Under the pieces are notes generated by a model. That model saw only the letters and a list, made by a program, of their open reading frames with translations. It was not told the origin of the DNA and made no database searches. Both the position numbers and the translations under genes were made by a program. This document shows, in pieces, positions 9,609 to 19,947 of a stretch of DNA of 64,000 nucleotides. The DNA is from Candidatus Latescibacterota bacterium (GTDB taxonomy: Bacteria; Latescibacterota; UBA2968; GCA-2709665). Within the stretch, counting starts at the first letter, position 1, and the number at the start of each line of letters is the position of its first letter. Location of the stretch: assembly GCA_965203805.1 (NCBI GenBank), contig OZ241917.1:928001-992000 (forward strand), written 5' to 3'.

Positions 9609-11096
9609 ATGCTGGAAACCGTCGATCTTACGCGAAGGCTGAAAAAATCCAGGTATAAGGAGCTCATTCCGGATCTCGAACTGAAACTGGGCGATCTTCA
9701 GCGAAACGCCAGAAAGTGGAAGATCCCGATCGTGATCGTCTTCGAGGGCCTGGAGGCATCGGGCAAGGGAACCCATACCAACAAGCTTCTGCTGGCACTC
9801 GACCCCCGGGGTTTCAGCGTGTACCCGACCCATCCGGCCAACGAGGAAGAACGCAGAAAGCCCTTCCTCTGGCGTTTCTGGACGAAGATACCGGAGGGAG
9901 GGAGAATCGCGATTTTCGACCGATCCTGGTACGGACGCTTTATGGTGGAGCGAATGGACAAGACCATCACCGAACAGGACTGGATGCGGGCCTACGGCGA
10001 AATCAGATCTTTCGAGAAACAGCTCGTCGACGCGGGCGCTGTCATCGTCAAAATCTTCCTGCACATTTCCCAGGCCGAACAAAGGAAACGGTTCATGAAG
10101 CTTCAGAGCAGCCCGTCGACCGCCTGGCGAATCACGGACTATGACTGGCAGAAGCACGAGAACTACCCCGAATGCCTGTCGGTGGCCTCGGAAATGCTGA
10201 GAAAAACCCATTCGGAGTTTGCGCCCTGGACCGCGGTGGCGGCTGAGGAGTGGCGATCGGCAAATATCAAAATCTTCAAGACCGTGATTCACGCCGTTGA
10301 CGGCCGAGTCCGTCAGCTGGAAAATGGCGACCCCGCCACACGGCCAAAGCCTCAGAAACTTGAAAAAACTCCGTCGGGCCTGCTGGACGGCGTGGATCTC
10401 TCGAAATCCATGAAAAAGTCCGACTACCGAAAAGCCCTGAAGAAGTACCAGGTCCGCATCAAGAACCTGGAACACGAGGTCCACCGCCGCCGCATCCCGG
10501 TCGTGCTCGTCTACGAAGGTTGGGACGCGGCGGGTAAAGGCGGAAACATCAAACGTCTCGTGCAGAATATGGACCCCAGAGGATATGAGGTTATTCCCGT
10601 TTCGGCGCCCAATGACACCGAGATGGAACACCACTATCTCTGGCGATTCTGGAACCGAATGCCCAAGACCGGGCACATCACCATCTTTGACCGCTCCTGG
10701 TACGGGAGGGTCCTGGTTGAACGAATCGAGGGATTCTGTTCGGAGTCGGAGTGGAAACGCGCCTACAGAGAAATCAACGAAATGGAAGAACACCTGACGA
10801 ACTTTGGCGCCGTTATCCTCAAATTCTGGATGCACGTGGACAAAGACGAACAGCTCAACCGGTTCACGGATCGAAAAAAGCTCCCGCACAAGCGGTGGAA
10901 GCTGGGTGACGAGGACTGGAGAAACCGGGAGAAGTGGGATGAATACGAGGAAGCGGTCGAGGAAATGATCCATCGCACGAGCACACCCAACGCTCCCTGG
11001 GTGATTGTCGAATCCAACTCGAAGTATTACGCCAGAATCAAGGTGTTGAAAACCGTTACCCGAAAACTGGAGTCGCGCCTCGGCATCCGGCATTGA
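9609..11096 (+). CDS. ppk2: Polyphosphate kinase 2, two-domain (polyphosphate:AMP phosphotransferase-type)
   Basis: Two PPK2 domains: FEGLEASGKG and YEGWDAAGKGG P-loops, FLWRFW/YLWRFW, IFDRSWYGR twice. Confidence 0.92.
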   Translation: MLETVDLTRRLKKSRYKELIPDLELKLGDLQRNARKWKIPIVIVFEGLEASGKGTHTNKLLLALDPRGFSVYPTHPANEEERRKPFLWRFWTKIPEGGRIAIFDRSWYGRFMVERMDKTITEQDWMRAYGEIRSFEKQLVDAGAVIVKIFLHISQAEQRKRFMKLQSSPSTAWRITDYDWQKHENYPECLSVASEMLRKTHSEFAPWTAVAAEEWRSANIKIFKTVIHAVDGRVRQLENGDPATRPKPQKLEKTPSGLLDGVDLSKSMKKSDYRKALKKYQVRIKNLEHEVHRRRIPVVLVYEGWDAAGKGGNIKRLVQNMDPRGYEVIPVSAPNDTEMEHHYLWRFWNRMPKTGHITIFDRSWYGRVLVERIEGFCSESEWKRAYREINEMEEHLTNFGAVILKFWMHVDKDEQLNRFTDRKKLPHKRWKLGDEDWRNREKWDEYEEAVEEMIHRTSTPNAPWVIVESNSKYYARIKVLKTVTRKLESRLGIRH

Positions 11097-11129
11097 ATCC
11101 CGGTTCTGTCGCGCGAGAGGAGAGTTGCG

Positions 11130-12383
11130 ATGCAAGTCAAGGACATTGACATCACGTTCCTGGAGGTGCCCTTCACGCCGCACAGCAACGAACACCTCCA
11201 ATATTGGCTGCCCCAATGGCGCATCATCCAGATATGCAGGCTCACGATGGACAACGGTGTTTCGGGGTTCGGCGAAACCGTTCACAACTATACGTGGGCG
11301 CAGGTGCCGGAACGGATCGAGAGCCGGATTCGAAAACGGCCCGCCGCGGAGTTGTTGTGGGACGACAGTCTCGGCGCCGGCGTGCAGATGGCGTTGTTCG
11401 ACGCGGTTGGAAAGAACCTCGGTGTGCCTGTCTACCGATTGCTCGGTTCAAAGGTCCGGGACTGGTGCCCGATCTCGTGGTGGCACATGGACATGCCGCC
11501 CGAGGACTGGGCGGAAGAATGCCGCCAGGCCGTGAACGCCGGATACATGAGCGCCAAACTGAAAGCCCGTCCATGGTTCGATCTGCACGCATCCGTGAGA
11601 GCCGTACAGGAAGTGGTACCGGACGGGTTCCATCTCGACTTCGACTACAACGGTACGCTGGGCAATTCCGCAAACGCCGTGCCTCACTTGAAGGGACTCG
11701 AGGCCTACCCCGAAATTGCCATGGTGGAAACCCCGATTCCGCAGAACGACGTGGCCGGCAACCGCCAGATCCGTGCGCGTTTCAATCGGCCTCTCGCCAT
11801 GCACTACGGAAGCCCGCCCGCGATTACCGCGCTGAAGGAGGACGTGACGGACGGCTTCGTGTTGTGCGCGGGCGCGTCGCAGCTGTTGAGGCAGGCCGCC
11901 GTATGCGACGAAGCCAACAAGCCCTTCTGGCTGCAGCTTGTCGGAACGGGCATAACCACGGCGTGGGCGGCGCACCTGGGCGCCGTTCTGCCGCAGGCGC
12001 GGTGGCCGGCTATCACGTGCATGAACATCTGGGAACACCCGTTGATCGACGCGCCTCACAATGTGCGCGGCGGATTCTACAGAGTGCCGGAAGCGCCGGG
12101 ACTGGGCGTCAAAGTTGACGACGACGCATTAACTCGATACGCGGTCTCTCACGCCTGGTTGGATCCCCCGCGTCATCTCTACCGGTACGCCCGTGGCAAT
12201 GGGGAAATTACGTACTATGCCTGCAACCGGCAGGATCTTCACCGGGTTTACGTGGAAGACGCGCAGCCGATATCCGAACCCGGCTCGATCCTGGAAATCG
12301 TTCCAGACAACGGAGGCGAGGCGTTTCGGCGCCGGTATGAGGCCGCCTCACGCAATCCGGTCAGAGAACGCGCCACGCCCTGA
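11130..12383 (+). CDS. Mandelate racemase/muconate-lactonizing enzyme family protein
   Basis: MALFDAVGKNLGVPVYRLLG, KLK motif, DFDYN, ETP, PEAPGLGV. Confidence 0.85.
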   Translation: MQVKDIDITFLEVPFTPHSNEHLQYWLPQWRIIQICRLTMDNGVSGFGETVHNYTWAQVPERIESRIRKRPAAELLWDDSLGAGVQMALFDAVGKNLGVPVYRLLGSKVRDWCPISWWHMDMPPEDWAEECRQAVNAGYMSAKLKARPWFDLHASVRAVQEVVPDGFHLDFDYNGTLGNSANAVPHLKGLEAYPEIAMVETPIPQNDVAGNRQIRARFNRPLAMHYGSPPAITALKEDVTDGFVLCAGASQLLRQAAVCDEANKPFWLQLVGTGITTAWAAHLGAVLPQARWPAITCMNIWEHPLIDAPHNVRGGFYRVPEAPGLGVKVDDDALTRYAVSHAWLDPPRHLYRYARGNGEITYYACNRQDLHRVYVEDAQPISEPGSILEIVPDNGGEAFRRRYEAASRNPVRERATP

Positions 12384-12411
12384 CGATTCTGCTCTCACGT
12401 CCACCTTAATG

Positions 12412-12448
12412 ATCAAGAGGGGCTTCCTTGAAGGAAGCCCCTCTTGAT
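12412..12448. terminator. Perfect 37-bp palindrome between convergent genes; probable bidirectional terminator
   Basis: ATCAAGAGGGGCTTCCTT-G-AAGGAAGCCCCTCTTGAT. Confidence 0.7.
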
Positions 12449-12469
12449 TCCACACCTGTCCTCGCCGGG

Positions 12470-13777
12470 TCAGTTGACAAAGGCGTCGTATATGGCTCGC
12501 ACGGCCCGCTTGTAGTCGCCCTCTTCCACGCCCACGATGATGTTGATTTCAGACGCGCCCTGGTCGATCACACGGACGTTGACATTTGCGTTTGCAAGCG
12601 CGCTGAACAAACAGGCAGCAATACCGATGCGGTGCGACATGCCTTCTCCAACGGTTGCGATGAGCGCCAATCCCGGCAACAGTTCAACTCGGTCGGGCTG
12701 CAGGATCCGTCGAATGTCGTCGACGAGCCTCTCGCCTTTTTCACCCAGTTGATCATCACGCATGATAACCGACATCGTATCGATGCCGGACGGTGTGTGC
12801 TCGTAACTGATGTCGTGCGACGCCACCACCTCCAGCACCTGCCGGCCAAAGCCCTTCTGCTGGTTCATCATTGCCTTTTCGATAAACAACATCGTAAATG
12901 CCGGCTGTCCGGCGACACCGGCGATGAGTTCGTCGGTCAGTTCCCTGCGAGCGAGTATGCGGGTCCCTGGATCCTGAGGTCTGTTCGTATTGCGAATGTG
13001 GACGGGAATCCCGGCCGAGCGTACCGGAAACATGGCCTCGTCGTGGAAAACCGACGCCCCCATATACGCCAGTTCCCTTACTTCGCGATACGTGATTTCA
13101 CGAACCGGTCGCGCGTTCTTCACCAGGCCCGGATCGGCCATCAGCAGCCCGGATACGTCGGTCCAGTTCTCGTAGACCTCGGCGTCGACGGCCCGCGCCA
13201 CAATTGCACCCGTGATATCGGAACCACCCCGGGAGAACGTCTTTACCGCACCGCCCGGATCGCTGCCGTAGAACCCGGGCACGACGAATATCCCGTCGCC
13301 GTCGACCCGGTCCGCGAGGAGGCTGTAGCTGGCGGCGTCCAGTTCACCCCCTGGACGAAAACGGATAGCGTCCGCGGCGTCGATGAAGCTTGCGCCCAGA
13401 TAATCGGCCATGACGCGACCGCAAAGATACTCTCCCCTCGAAGCGACAAAATCCCGCGATGCCCCGTTTTCGATATCCGTTTTCAACCTGTCGAGCAGCC
13501 GGCCGATATCGAGCGGGACTCCCAGTTTCGTCGCCAGTTCTTCATATCGGGAACGCACCATTGCGTATGGCTCGGAAAAATCGAGATTCTGTCTGGCCAG
13601 TTCGTGGCACAGGTAGAGCAGGTCGGTGATTTTTGTATCCGCGTCGTTGCGCTTTCCCGGCGCTGACGGCACAATAAAGCGCCGGCGCGCATCGGATTCG
13701 ATGATACGCTTAACCTGCGCCACCTGCCGGTCGTCGGCCAGGGAACTCCCGCCGAATTTACACACGACCGCTCCCAT
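12470..13777 (-). CDS. lysC: Aspartate kinase
   Basis: KFGGSSLAD, VPSAPGKR, TFSRGGSDITG, WTDVSG, C-terminal ACT domains. Confidence 0.93.
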   Translation of the reverse strand: MGAVVCKFGGSSLADDRQVAQVKRIIESDARRRFIVPSAPGKRNDADTKITDLLYLCHELARQNLDFSEPYAMVRSRYEELATKLGVPLDIGRLLDRLKTDIENGASRDFVASRGEYLCGRVMADYLGASFIDAADAIRFRPGGELDAASYSLLADRVDGDGIFVVPGFYGSDPGGAVKTFSRGGSDITGAIVARAVDAEVYENWTDVSGLLMADPGLVKNARPVREITYREVRELAYMGASVFHDEAMFPVRSAGIPVHIRNTNRPQDPGTRILARRELTDELIAGVAGQPAFTMLFIEKAMMNQQKGFGRQVLEVVASHDISYEHTPSGIDTMSVIMRDDQLGEKGERLVDDIRRILQPDRVELLPGLALIATVGEGMSHRIGIAACLFSALANANVNVRVIDQGASEINIIVGVEEGDYKRAVRAIYDAFVN

Positions 13778-13888
13778 ACCCGTGGTTCCACCTCCGTTTC
13801 ACACCCGATCCGGTTCCGGCCTGTTGCGTTTCCGGCCCGGTTGCGGGCACCCGCATTTTCCGATTGAAACCTGCCGGCATCGTATGCG

Positions 13889-14808
13889 TCAGGCAGGATT
13901 ACGCTTCTGAATCAGGCGAAGTTCCTTGAGCAATTCCTTTACGGACGTGAGTTCCGGATCGATGCGGAGCGCTTCGTTCAACGCGTCGATCGCCTTCTGC
14001 AGGGCCGACGCATCATTGCGACGATCGGACAATCGCCAGAAACACAGGCCGATTACGTGATGCGCCCTGGCCTGGTCGTCCTTTTCAAGGTACTGATAGG
14101 CCAGGGCTTTCCTCGCCAGGTCGATGCCTTCCTCGTAGCGGGCGGCCCGGAACGTGTAATACGCCGCGAATACCCTTGCATGTGCGATCGCGTCGTCGCC
14201 GACGGCATATTCCAGTCCGCGACTCACAATCCGAAGCGCTTCGGGATAACGCCTGACACCCTCCAGCATGCGCGCCACATCGGTGGCCTGCAGGCACAAT
14301 CTGTCTTTCCAGGCTTTATCCTCTTCAGTCGGACGAAACTCGTATTTCGACCAGAGACTGTCCTGCCGTTCCCATGCGAAAAGCACGCCCCGTATCAATT
14401 CGGGACGGCCCGTCATGGCGCCGGATCTGGCCGCCAGGTACGTGTTGTTGTAAAAGTGCCGGCCCAGTGCCCGGACAACCGGCGGGTATCCCGGCGCGAC
14501 AGAATCCACGCGCGAATAAACAGCGATCCATTCGCCGGCGTCAATAGAATCCGATCCCGCCAGCAGGGCCTGGGCCTTCACAAGCTGCTCGTGCCGTTCG
14601 GCGGCTCTCTCTCCAGACGGCGTCTCTCCGAATTCTTCGGCGATCCCGGCGTATTGCGCGATTGTTCGAGGAAGGTCTTCGACCCGCTCTTCCAGGTCTC
14701 GAAAAACCACATAATACAGCCGTTCCGCCTTCTTCGCCCTTCGCGCCGCCTCGTTGTCGCATCCAGCGAAAAAGGCCAGACAAAGGAATAGGAGAATTGC
14801 TTTGTGCA
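13889..14808 (-). CDS. TPR-like helical lipoprotein, function unknown
   Basis: MHKAILLFLCLAFFAGC lipobox; C-terminal TPR-like helices (AHHVIGLCF...AIDALNEALRIDP). Confidence 0.65.
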
Positions 14809-14925
14809 TTTCGAATCGCTCCCCGAGTGTAACTTTTCTCGCGCAATCATCGCGCGGTTTCACGATCGTTACGCCCCTACTTCGCGTCCCGGCGTACGCG
14901 GTGTCGGAGCCTGAACGGTTCGACG

Positions 14926-15894
14926 CTACTCGATGTCCGCGCGAATCGGCATCTCCGGCCTGCCCTTTCGGCTGATCTTGTCGATCAGCCTCCGATTGAA
15001 CTCGCGCGCGGTATGATACCCTTGAATCTTGAGTTGATAATTCAGCGCGATGGCCTCCGCGATGACCGTGATATTCTTGCCCGGATATATCGGCACGGTC
15101 ACCTGAGGAATCTCGACGTCCAGAATCGACACCCAGTCCTCCTCCAGCCCTACCCGCTCGTAGGACTCGGTCTCGTCCCATTCCACGAGTTGAACGACGA
15201 CCTCAACCCGTTTCTGGATCCGAAACGCGCCGATACCGAACATGTGCCGGACGTTCAGAATTCCCAGACCGCGGACTTCCATATGGTCCCGAAGCGTATC
15301 GCCGCAAGTCCCAACCAGAATACCCTGGAGCTTTCTGGATACCAGCACGATGTCGTCTGCAACCAGCCGGTGTCCGCGCTCGACGAGATCCAATGCGATT
15401 TCACTCTTCCCGATCCCGCTTCGACCGGTAAAGAGAAGACCGATTCCGTAAACATCCACGAGAGACCCGTGGATGGCGGTCCGGGGCGCGAACACGTCGT
15501 CCAGATAGAATGAGAAGAGATGAGAAAACTTCGTGGTCGAGAACGGTGTGACCATCAGCGGAATGCCCCGTTGTCCCGCAAGTTCCAATAGGGTCTCGGG
15601 TACCTCGTTTCCGTCGGTAACCACCACGCAGGGAATGTCGAACTGAAAAACGGTTTCGAGCACCGTACGCAGTCTGCGGGCAGAAAGGCCGTCGACGTAT
15701 AGCATCTCGGAGTTGCCGAGTACTTGCGCGCGGTCAAAAGTGAACAGTCCTACAAATCCCGCCAGGACCAGACCGGGCCTGTGCACGTCGCTGGACGTCA
15801 GTTTCCTGTCCGTGTTTTCGTGGCCGGCGATCAACTTCAGAGCCAGCTTCTCGCCGAATTGTTCAAGGACTTGCGCGATTGATATTTCCTGCAC
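14926..15894 (-). CDS. hprK: HPr(Ser) kinase/phosphorylase
   Basis: HRPGLVLAG, HGSLVDVYGIG, GRSGIGKSE Walker A, LVADD, MEVRGLGI; GTG start at 15894 with GGAG RBS. Confidence 0.93.
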   Translation of the reverse strand: MQEISIAQVLEQFGEKLALKLIAGHENTDRKLTSSDVHRPGLVLAGFVGLFTFDRAQVLGNSEMLYVDGLSARRLRTVLETVFQFDIPCVVVTDGNEVPETLLELAGQRGIPLMVTPFSTTKFSHLFSFYLDDVFAPRTAIHGSLVDVYGIGLLFTGRSGIGKSEIALDLVERGHRLVADDIVLVSRKLQGILVGTCGDTLRDHMEVRGLGILNVRHMFGIGAFRIQKRVEVVVQLVEWDETESYERVGLEEDWVSILDVEIPQVTVPIYPGKNITVIAEAIALNYQLKIQGYHTAREFNRRLIDKISRKGRPEMPIRADIE

Positions 15895-16033
15895 ACGGTG
15901 CTCCGGGATCCGGCAATGGCGCAAGCCTGAAGATGAGGATCTGGCGACAGATTCCGGATGACCGGGACGCCATTCGCCACCCCGCGGACCAACGCACATA
16001 ACCTTTGGATTCATAGGTTTTTGCAGGCGTCGG

Positions 16034-16062
16034 AATATAGGCCAAAACACCAACCCTGTCAA
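16034..16062 (-). promoter_or_regulatory. Sigma70 promoter for hprK
   Basis: Minus strand TTGACA-17 bp-TATATT. Confidence 0.7.
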
Positions 16063-16095
16063 GGAGATGGACCCCATCGAGACGGGACTTCGAGC

Positions 16096-16124
16096 TTGAC
16101 TTGACGGGGCCGGGAAGCTATACT
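16096..16124 (+). promoter_or_regulatory. Sigma70 promoter for the membrane-protein pair
   Basis: TTGACT-17 bp-TATACT. Confidence 0.7.
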
Positions 16125-16170
16125 CCGTGCACGTTCCGATCCCAAGTCACAATGGCAGACCCGAGTACGG

Positions 16171-17388
16171 GTGGAACCCATGCAATTCATCGCCAGCTTC
16201 TACGTCATCTACGCAATCTGCCTGATCTGCCGAAACCTGTTCGTACGGCGTAAACTTGCCGCGCCTCTCGACAGTCTGCGAACGAGCCACCTGCATTTTG
16301 TTCCGATCGGGTTGGCCGTTGGCTTTATCCTTTCCATGGAGAACGACCTCGCGGCAATCGTTGGAGATATCAAGGAAGGGCTGCTGGGCGTCATACTGGT
16401 CTGGTTCGGCATCGTCACCGGGCTCCGGTTCGACTTTCGCCGCCTGGGACGACGCGCATCGCGTCTTCATGTACTTGAAGGTCTGCAGGTCCTGGGAACC
16501 GCCGCCCTTGTCTTTTTTCTGGCCCTGTTATGGAGGCCGGTGCTGCGTTACCAGATGGGCATCGCGGCCGAACCCGCCCTTGTCGCGTTGCTGCTGGCCA
16601 CGCTGGCAACCACGTTGCGTATGCCGGATCGGGTTTTTTACGTCCGATCCGATCTTTCAACGCCCCACGTCGAAAATGCACCCGCGGGACCGCTGATTAC
16701 CAATGCGGCGGGAATGACGCTGCTTACGGTTCTTTACCCCTATTGTGCGGGCGGAACCGTTCTGGAACTGGGTCCGCTCATGCTGGTCAGCACCGGCAGC
16801 TTCTGGGCGCTGTATGCGTGCGTGGGTGTTCTTCTCGGCCTTTTGCTTACCCTTATATTCAGCACCTTCGAGGACGATGTCCTCTGCGCAATTATCGCGA
16901 CGGGCACCGTCGCTACGGTCGGCGGTCTGTGTGCAGGCAAGGCGATTCCGGGTGTTGTCGTGGGATTCATCTCCGGCGTATGGTTTATCAATACGACCAC
17001 CCGTCGGCGGGACGCGCTGGAAATCCTCGAAAAGACCACGGGCATCCTGCAGCCGGTCTTTTTTCTTGTTATGGGGTCCCTTCTTGTAACACAGAACCTC
17101 ACCGTGTTACGATTGACCGCTTTCACGCTTCTGTTTCTCGTTGCCAGAAGCCTGGCGAGGGGAATCAGCCTGGCGGTTGCCGCCCGCGTGACCCGCTGCC
17201 CCGTTTCGCTGACCGATATTATCGGTTCCGCGCTCAGGCCCCTCGGTACGTTGTCTGTCGCGCTGGCAGCGCAGCTGCTCCTGCTGGATTCCGGGCCCAA
17301 CCTCTATGCCCTCACCGCTGTTGTCATGATTGCGGCCGCGATCGGTCAGGTGATCCCGTTACCGAAACCTCGAGACGCTGCCGGCTGA
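16171..17388 (+). CDS. Polytopic membrane protein, cation:proton antiporter (CPA2/Kef)-like
   Basis: About 12 hydrophobic segments; WFGIVTGLRFDFRRL, PVFFLVMGS and PLGTLSVALA patterns resemble CPA2. Confidence 0.55.
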   Translation: MEPMQFIASFYVIYAICLICRNLFVRRKLAAPLDSLRTSHLHFVPIGLAVGFILSMENDLAAIVGDIKEGLLGVILVWFGIVTGLRFDFRRLGRRASRLHVLEGLQVLGTAALVFFLALLWRPVLRYQMGIAAEPALVALLLATLATTLRMPDRVFYVRSDLSTPHVENAPAGPLITNAAGMTLLTVLYPYCAGGTVLELGPLMLVSTGSFWALYACVGVLLGLLLTLIFSTFEDDVLCAIIATGTVATVGGLCAGKAIPGVVVGFISGVWFINTTTRRRDALEILEKTTGILQPVFFLVMGSLLVTQNLTVLRLTAFTLLFLVARSLARGISLAVAARVTRCPVSLTDIIGSALRPLGTLSVALAAQLLLLDSGPNLYALTAVVMIAAAIGQVIPLPKPRDAAG

Positions 17389-17403
17389 GGCGAAACGCAG
17401 GGA

Positions 17404-18645
17404 ATGCATCGAATGAGGCGGTTCCTTATCTGCGCCATTGTATGTGCGGTTGTCTGGGGAGCCCAGCACCATTTTCCGGAAGCGATTCCACCCGTGGCGT
17501 ACGTCGGTCTCATGCTGGTGGTACCGATGACCCTGGCAAACGCGTTGACAGGGTCTCGCGTTCCCGCCCACGTTATCCCTCTCTTACTGGGATTTCTGGC
17601 CAGCGGTTCAGGACTTCGGCACGCGGGAGCATTCATTGCCGCCGCACCGTTTGCGGAACTCGCGCAGGCGTGGGTCGGGCTGTACCTGGGCGCCTGTTTT
17701 TCGTATCATCGGATCCTCAGCAAGAATCTTGGTGCAGCCACCCTGCTCTCCCTGGGCGCGACATCTGTCCCGGCCGCGCTGGCGTTATTTCTGTTCCTGG
17801 AACTCTCTGCCGTCCAGGCAATCCGTCTCGGTCTGCTTGCCGCGATGTCCGGACCGATATTCACGCTCATTTCTCAACCGGACCGGCGTGAGGCCCTGTC
17901 CTTCTCGCTTCTGGTTACGATGTTGGGTCTCTCATGCTGGTTCGTGACCGACCTCATCGTGAGCACGCCCGACCTGTACAGGGTCATTCCGTCGATATTG
18001 GTGTGGATGGTGGGCGTGGAACTCATCGCGAGGATAGCGCATACAGTCAGAACCGGACAGGGCGGTCAGGTTCTGTTCGGCGCGATTGTGGCGACACTCT
18101 TCGTCTGTGCGCAGGTGATGCATATTTCACCGCTGTTCCTGGCGCTCGTGACCGGTGCGGGGGTTACCGCCCGGTCCGGGAGGTCGGGGCAATCCCTGCG
18201 GGCGATGGAACCGCTGGCGGTTCCGCTCTCACATATCGTACTCGTGTATTTTGCGGCCGGCCTCGACCTTTCCGGCCTTCTGGGACTATCCGCGCTCCAT
18301 TGGAAGATTCTGGTCATCTATGCAGCCGCCATGCTCTTCGGTAAGACCGCCGGTGGTCTCACCGCCGCACGTTACGCAGGTCTATTCCTCAGGGACTGGT
18401 CGCAGACGCTTCCTCAGGGGGTCGTCGTCTTCATACTTCTGCCCGAAGTGTTCCCGCCGGGGTCGGAGCAGGCCATTGGCGACGGGCTGACTGCCGGCGT
18501 GGTCCTTACGTGCGGCATCGTCATCCCGCTGCTGGCGGCTCCCGTTCTTTTCATGTCCGATCGCATGGATCGCCGGCGCGTTCCGAAACCCATGGGGCTG
18601 GAAGAAAAGAAGCCATCCGCAAGCGGGATGGCCAATACTCCATAG
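17404..18645 (+). CDS. Polytopic membrane protein, cation:proton antiporter-like (second paralog)
   Basis: Many TM segments; SPLFLALVTG, YFAAGLDL, LFGKTAGG and LPQG motifs seen in CPA2 C-terminal halves. Confidence 0.55.
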   Translation: MHRMRRFLICAIVCAVVWGAQHHFPEAIPPVAYVGLMLVVPMTLANALTGSRVPAHVIPLLLGFLASGSGLRHAGAFIAAAPFAELAQAWVGLYLGACFSYHRILSKNLGAATLLSLGATSVPAALALFLFLELSAVQAIRLGLLAAMSGPIFTLISQPDRREALSFSLLVTMLGLSCWFVTDLIVSTPDLYRVIPSILVWMVGVELIARIAHTVRTGQGGQVLFGAIVATLFVCAQVMHISPLFLALVTGAGVTARSGRSGQSLRAMEPLAVPLSHIVLVYFAAGLDLSGLLGLSALHWKILVIYAAAMLFGKTAGGLTAARYAGLFLRDWSQTLPQGVVVFILLPEVFPPGSEQAIGDGLTAGVVLTCGIVIPLLAAPVLFMSDRMDRRRVPKPMGLEEKKPSASGMANTP

Positions 18646-18676
18646 AACGCAGAATCGACCTGCTGAGGGCAGGACG

Positions 18677-19924
18677 CTAATTCAGCCAGCCGGACACGGA
18701 GAACGTCTGCATGACAAAACGCTCCGAAGCCCCGTGTCGGGTCACGTCACCCCGCCTGCCGAATTCAATGACGTAACGAAAACTGCCGGCGCTGCGAGTC
18801 TCGAACGGCAATGCAATTCCCAGACTGACGCCCGTCTCTCCAATCTGCGAGTCTCCGACGGTCTTGAAATAGAGCGACCGGTAGTAGGCTCCTGCGGTGA
18901 GTTCGACCCGTCGACGGGTACTACGGGGATCGGGGTCGCCGGTTCTGTACAGGACACCGCCCGCCAGGTCGGTGGTATTGTAGCGGCCCGCTCCCGTTTT
19001 TTCCCAGAATGCCCGCTCGAAGTCGAGCGCGGCCAGCCAGCGGGAACCCTCGCGATATGCCAGCCCCGCACCAAGACTCGCCGGCATTTTTATATCCAGT
19101 TCCGAACGCGTCTCCTCTTCGAATCCTATTTCCGCGAAGAAGTTCCGCAAAATGCGAGTCTGGGTGACGGTCGATGCCACCCGGAACGAGGCCCCGAGGA
19201 ACCACTTTCCGTCCAGGGTATATACGGCGCCGAGCGTGGGTTGCGCGCCACTGTGTGTGCGTACGTACCGATCCTCGCTGTTCAGGAATTCCGGAATCTG
19301 CCGATTGTTGGCATCTATCAGGAAAGACCCCGCCGACCCGTCCGGCCCGCGAAGACCGAAATCCTTCGTCCATGTTTCCGTGATGGTTCCGATGGATATG
19401 ACACTCAGGTTTCCGCCCAGGAGAAAGCCGCCCCACCGTTGTGCGAGTCCGAATGTAAACGCCTGAATGCCACCGGTTGCACTGACCCGCAGTGTGTAGG
19501 GAACTGATGTGGTGCTGTCGAGTTTGACGAGGTCGAAGTCGAGGTCGGTCAACGGCTCCAGGCCCACGCCAAGGACTGTACCGTCCAGGACGGGTAAGAC
19601 GACCTGAAATGCCCCGATATCGCCCTCCGAAACCACGTGCCGACTGCGCCCGTCATTCAGAGAGCGGCGCTGTACAAAGAAGCGACTCTGCAGGCCGGCG
19701 CGCGAAAATGCGGCCATAAGCGCGGGATTTGCCGAACTGAAATTCTGGCTGTCGGCAAGCGCACGGCCGGCGCCCCCCATGCCCCTCGCTCGCACGTCGA
19801 CACGACGTTCGGAATCTCCCACGCCATTGAAGGAGAAAATCGATTTCGCAGAGGGCGAATCCACCCAGGCGCTGATAACAAGAAAGCCGAACGTTGTCGC
19901 TGAAATTCTGCTGAAACGTTTCAC
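18677..19924 (-). CDS. Outer-membrane beta-barrel protein (FadL/PorV-like)
   Basis: Signal peptide; ARGMGGAG...ANPA N-terminal hatch motif; amphipathic beta strands with aromatic C-terminus. Confidence 0.65.
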   Translation of the reverse strand: MKRFSRISATTFGFLVISAWVDSPSAKSIFSFNGVGDSERRVDVRARGMGGAGRALADSQNFSSANPALMAAFSRAGLQSRFFVQRRSLNDGRSRHVVSEGDIGAFQVVLPVLDGTVLGVGLEPLTDLDFDLVKLDSTTSVPYTLRVSATGGIQAFTFGLAQRWGGFLLGGNLSVISIGTITETWTKDFGLRGPDGSAGSFLIDANNRQIPEFLNSEDRYVRTHSGAQPTLGAVYTLDGKWFLGASFRVASTVTQTRILRNFFAEIGFEEETRSELDIKMPASLGAGLAYREGSRWLAALDFERAFWEKTGAGRYNTTDLAGGVLYRTGDPDPRSTRRRVELTAGAYYRSLYFKTVGDSQIGETGVSLGIALPFETRSAGSFRYVIEFGRRGDVTRHGASERFVMQTFSVSGWLN

Positions 19925-19947
19925 ATTCTTCCTCGCAATAGACGATG

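Noticed and set aside
9573-11285. 570-aa minus-strand ORF
   Set aside because: Antisense shadow of ppk2; no motifs; expected in GC-rich DNA
13778-13888. Lysine riboswitch upstream of lysC
   Set aside because: The gap is only about 110 bp and shows no recognisable L-box motifs
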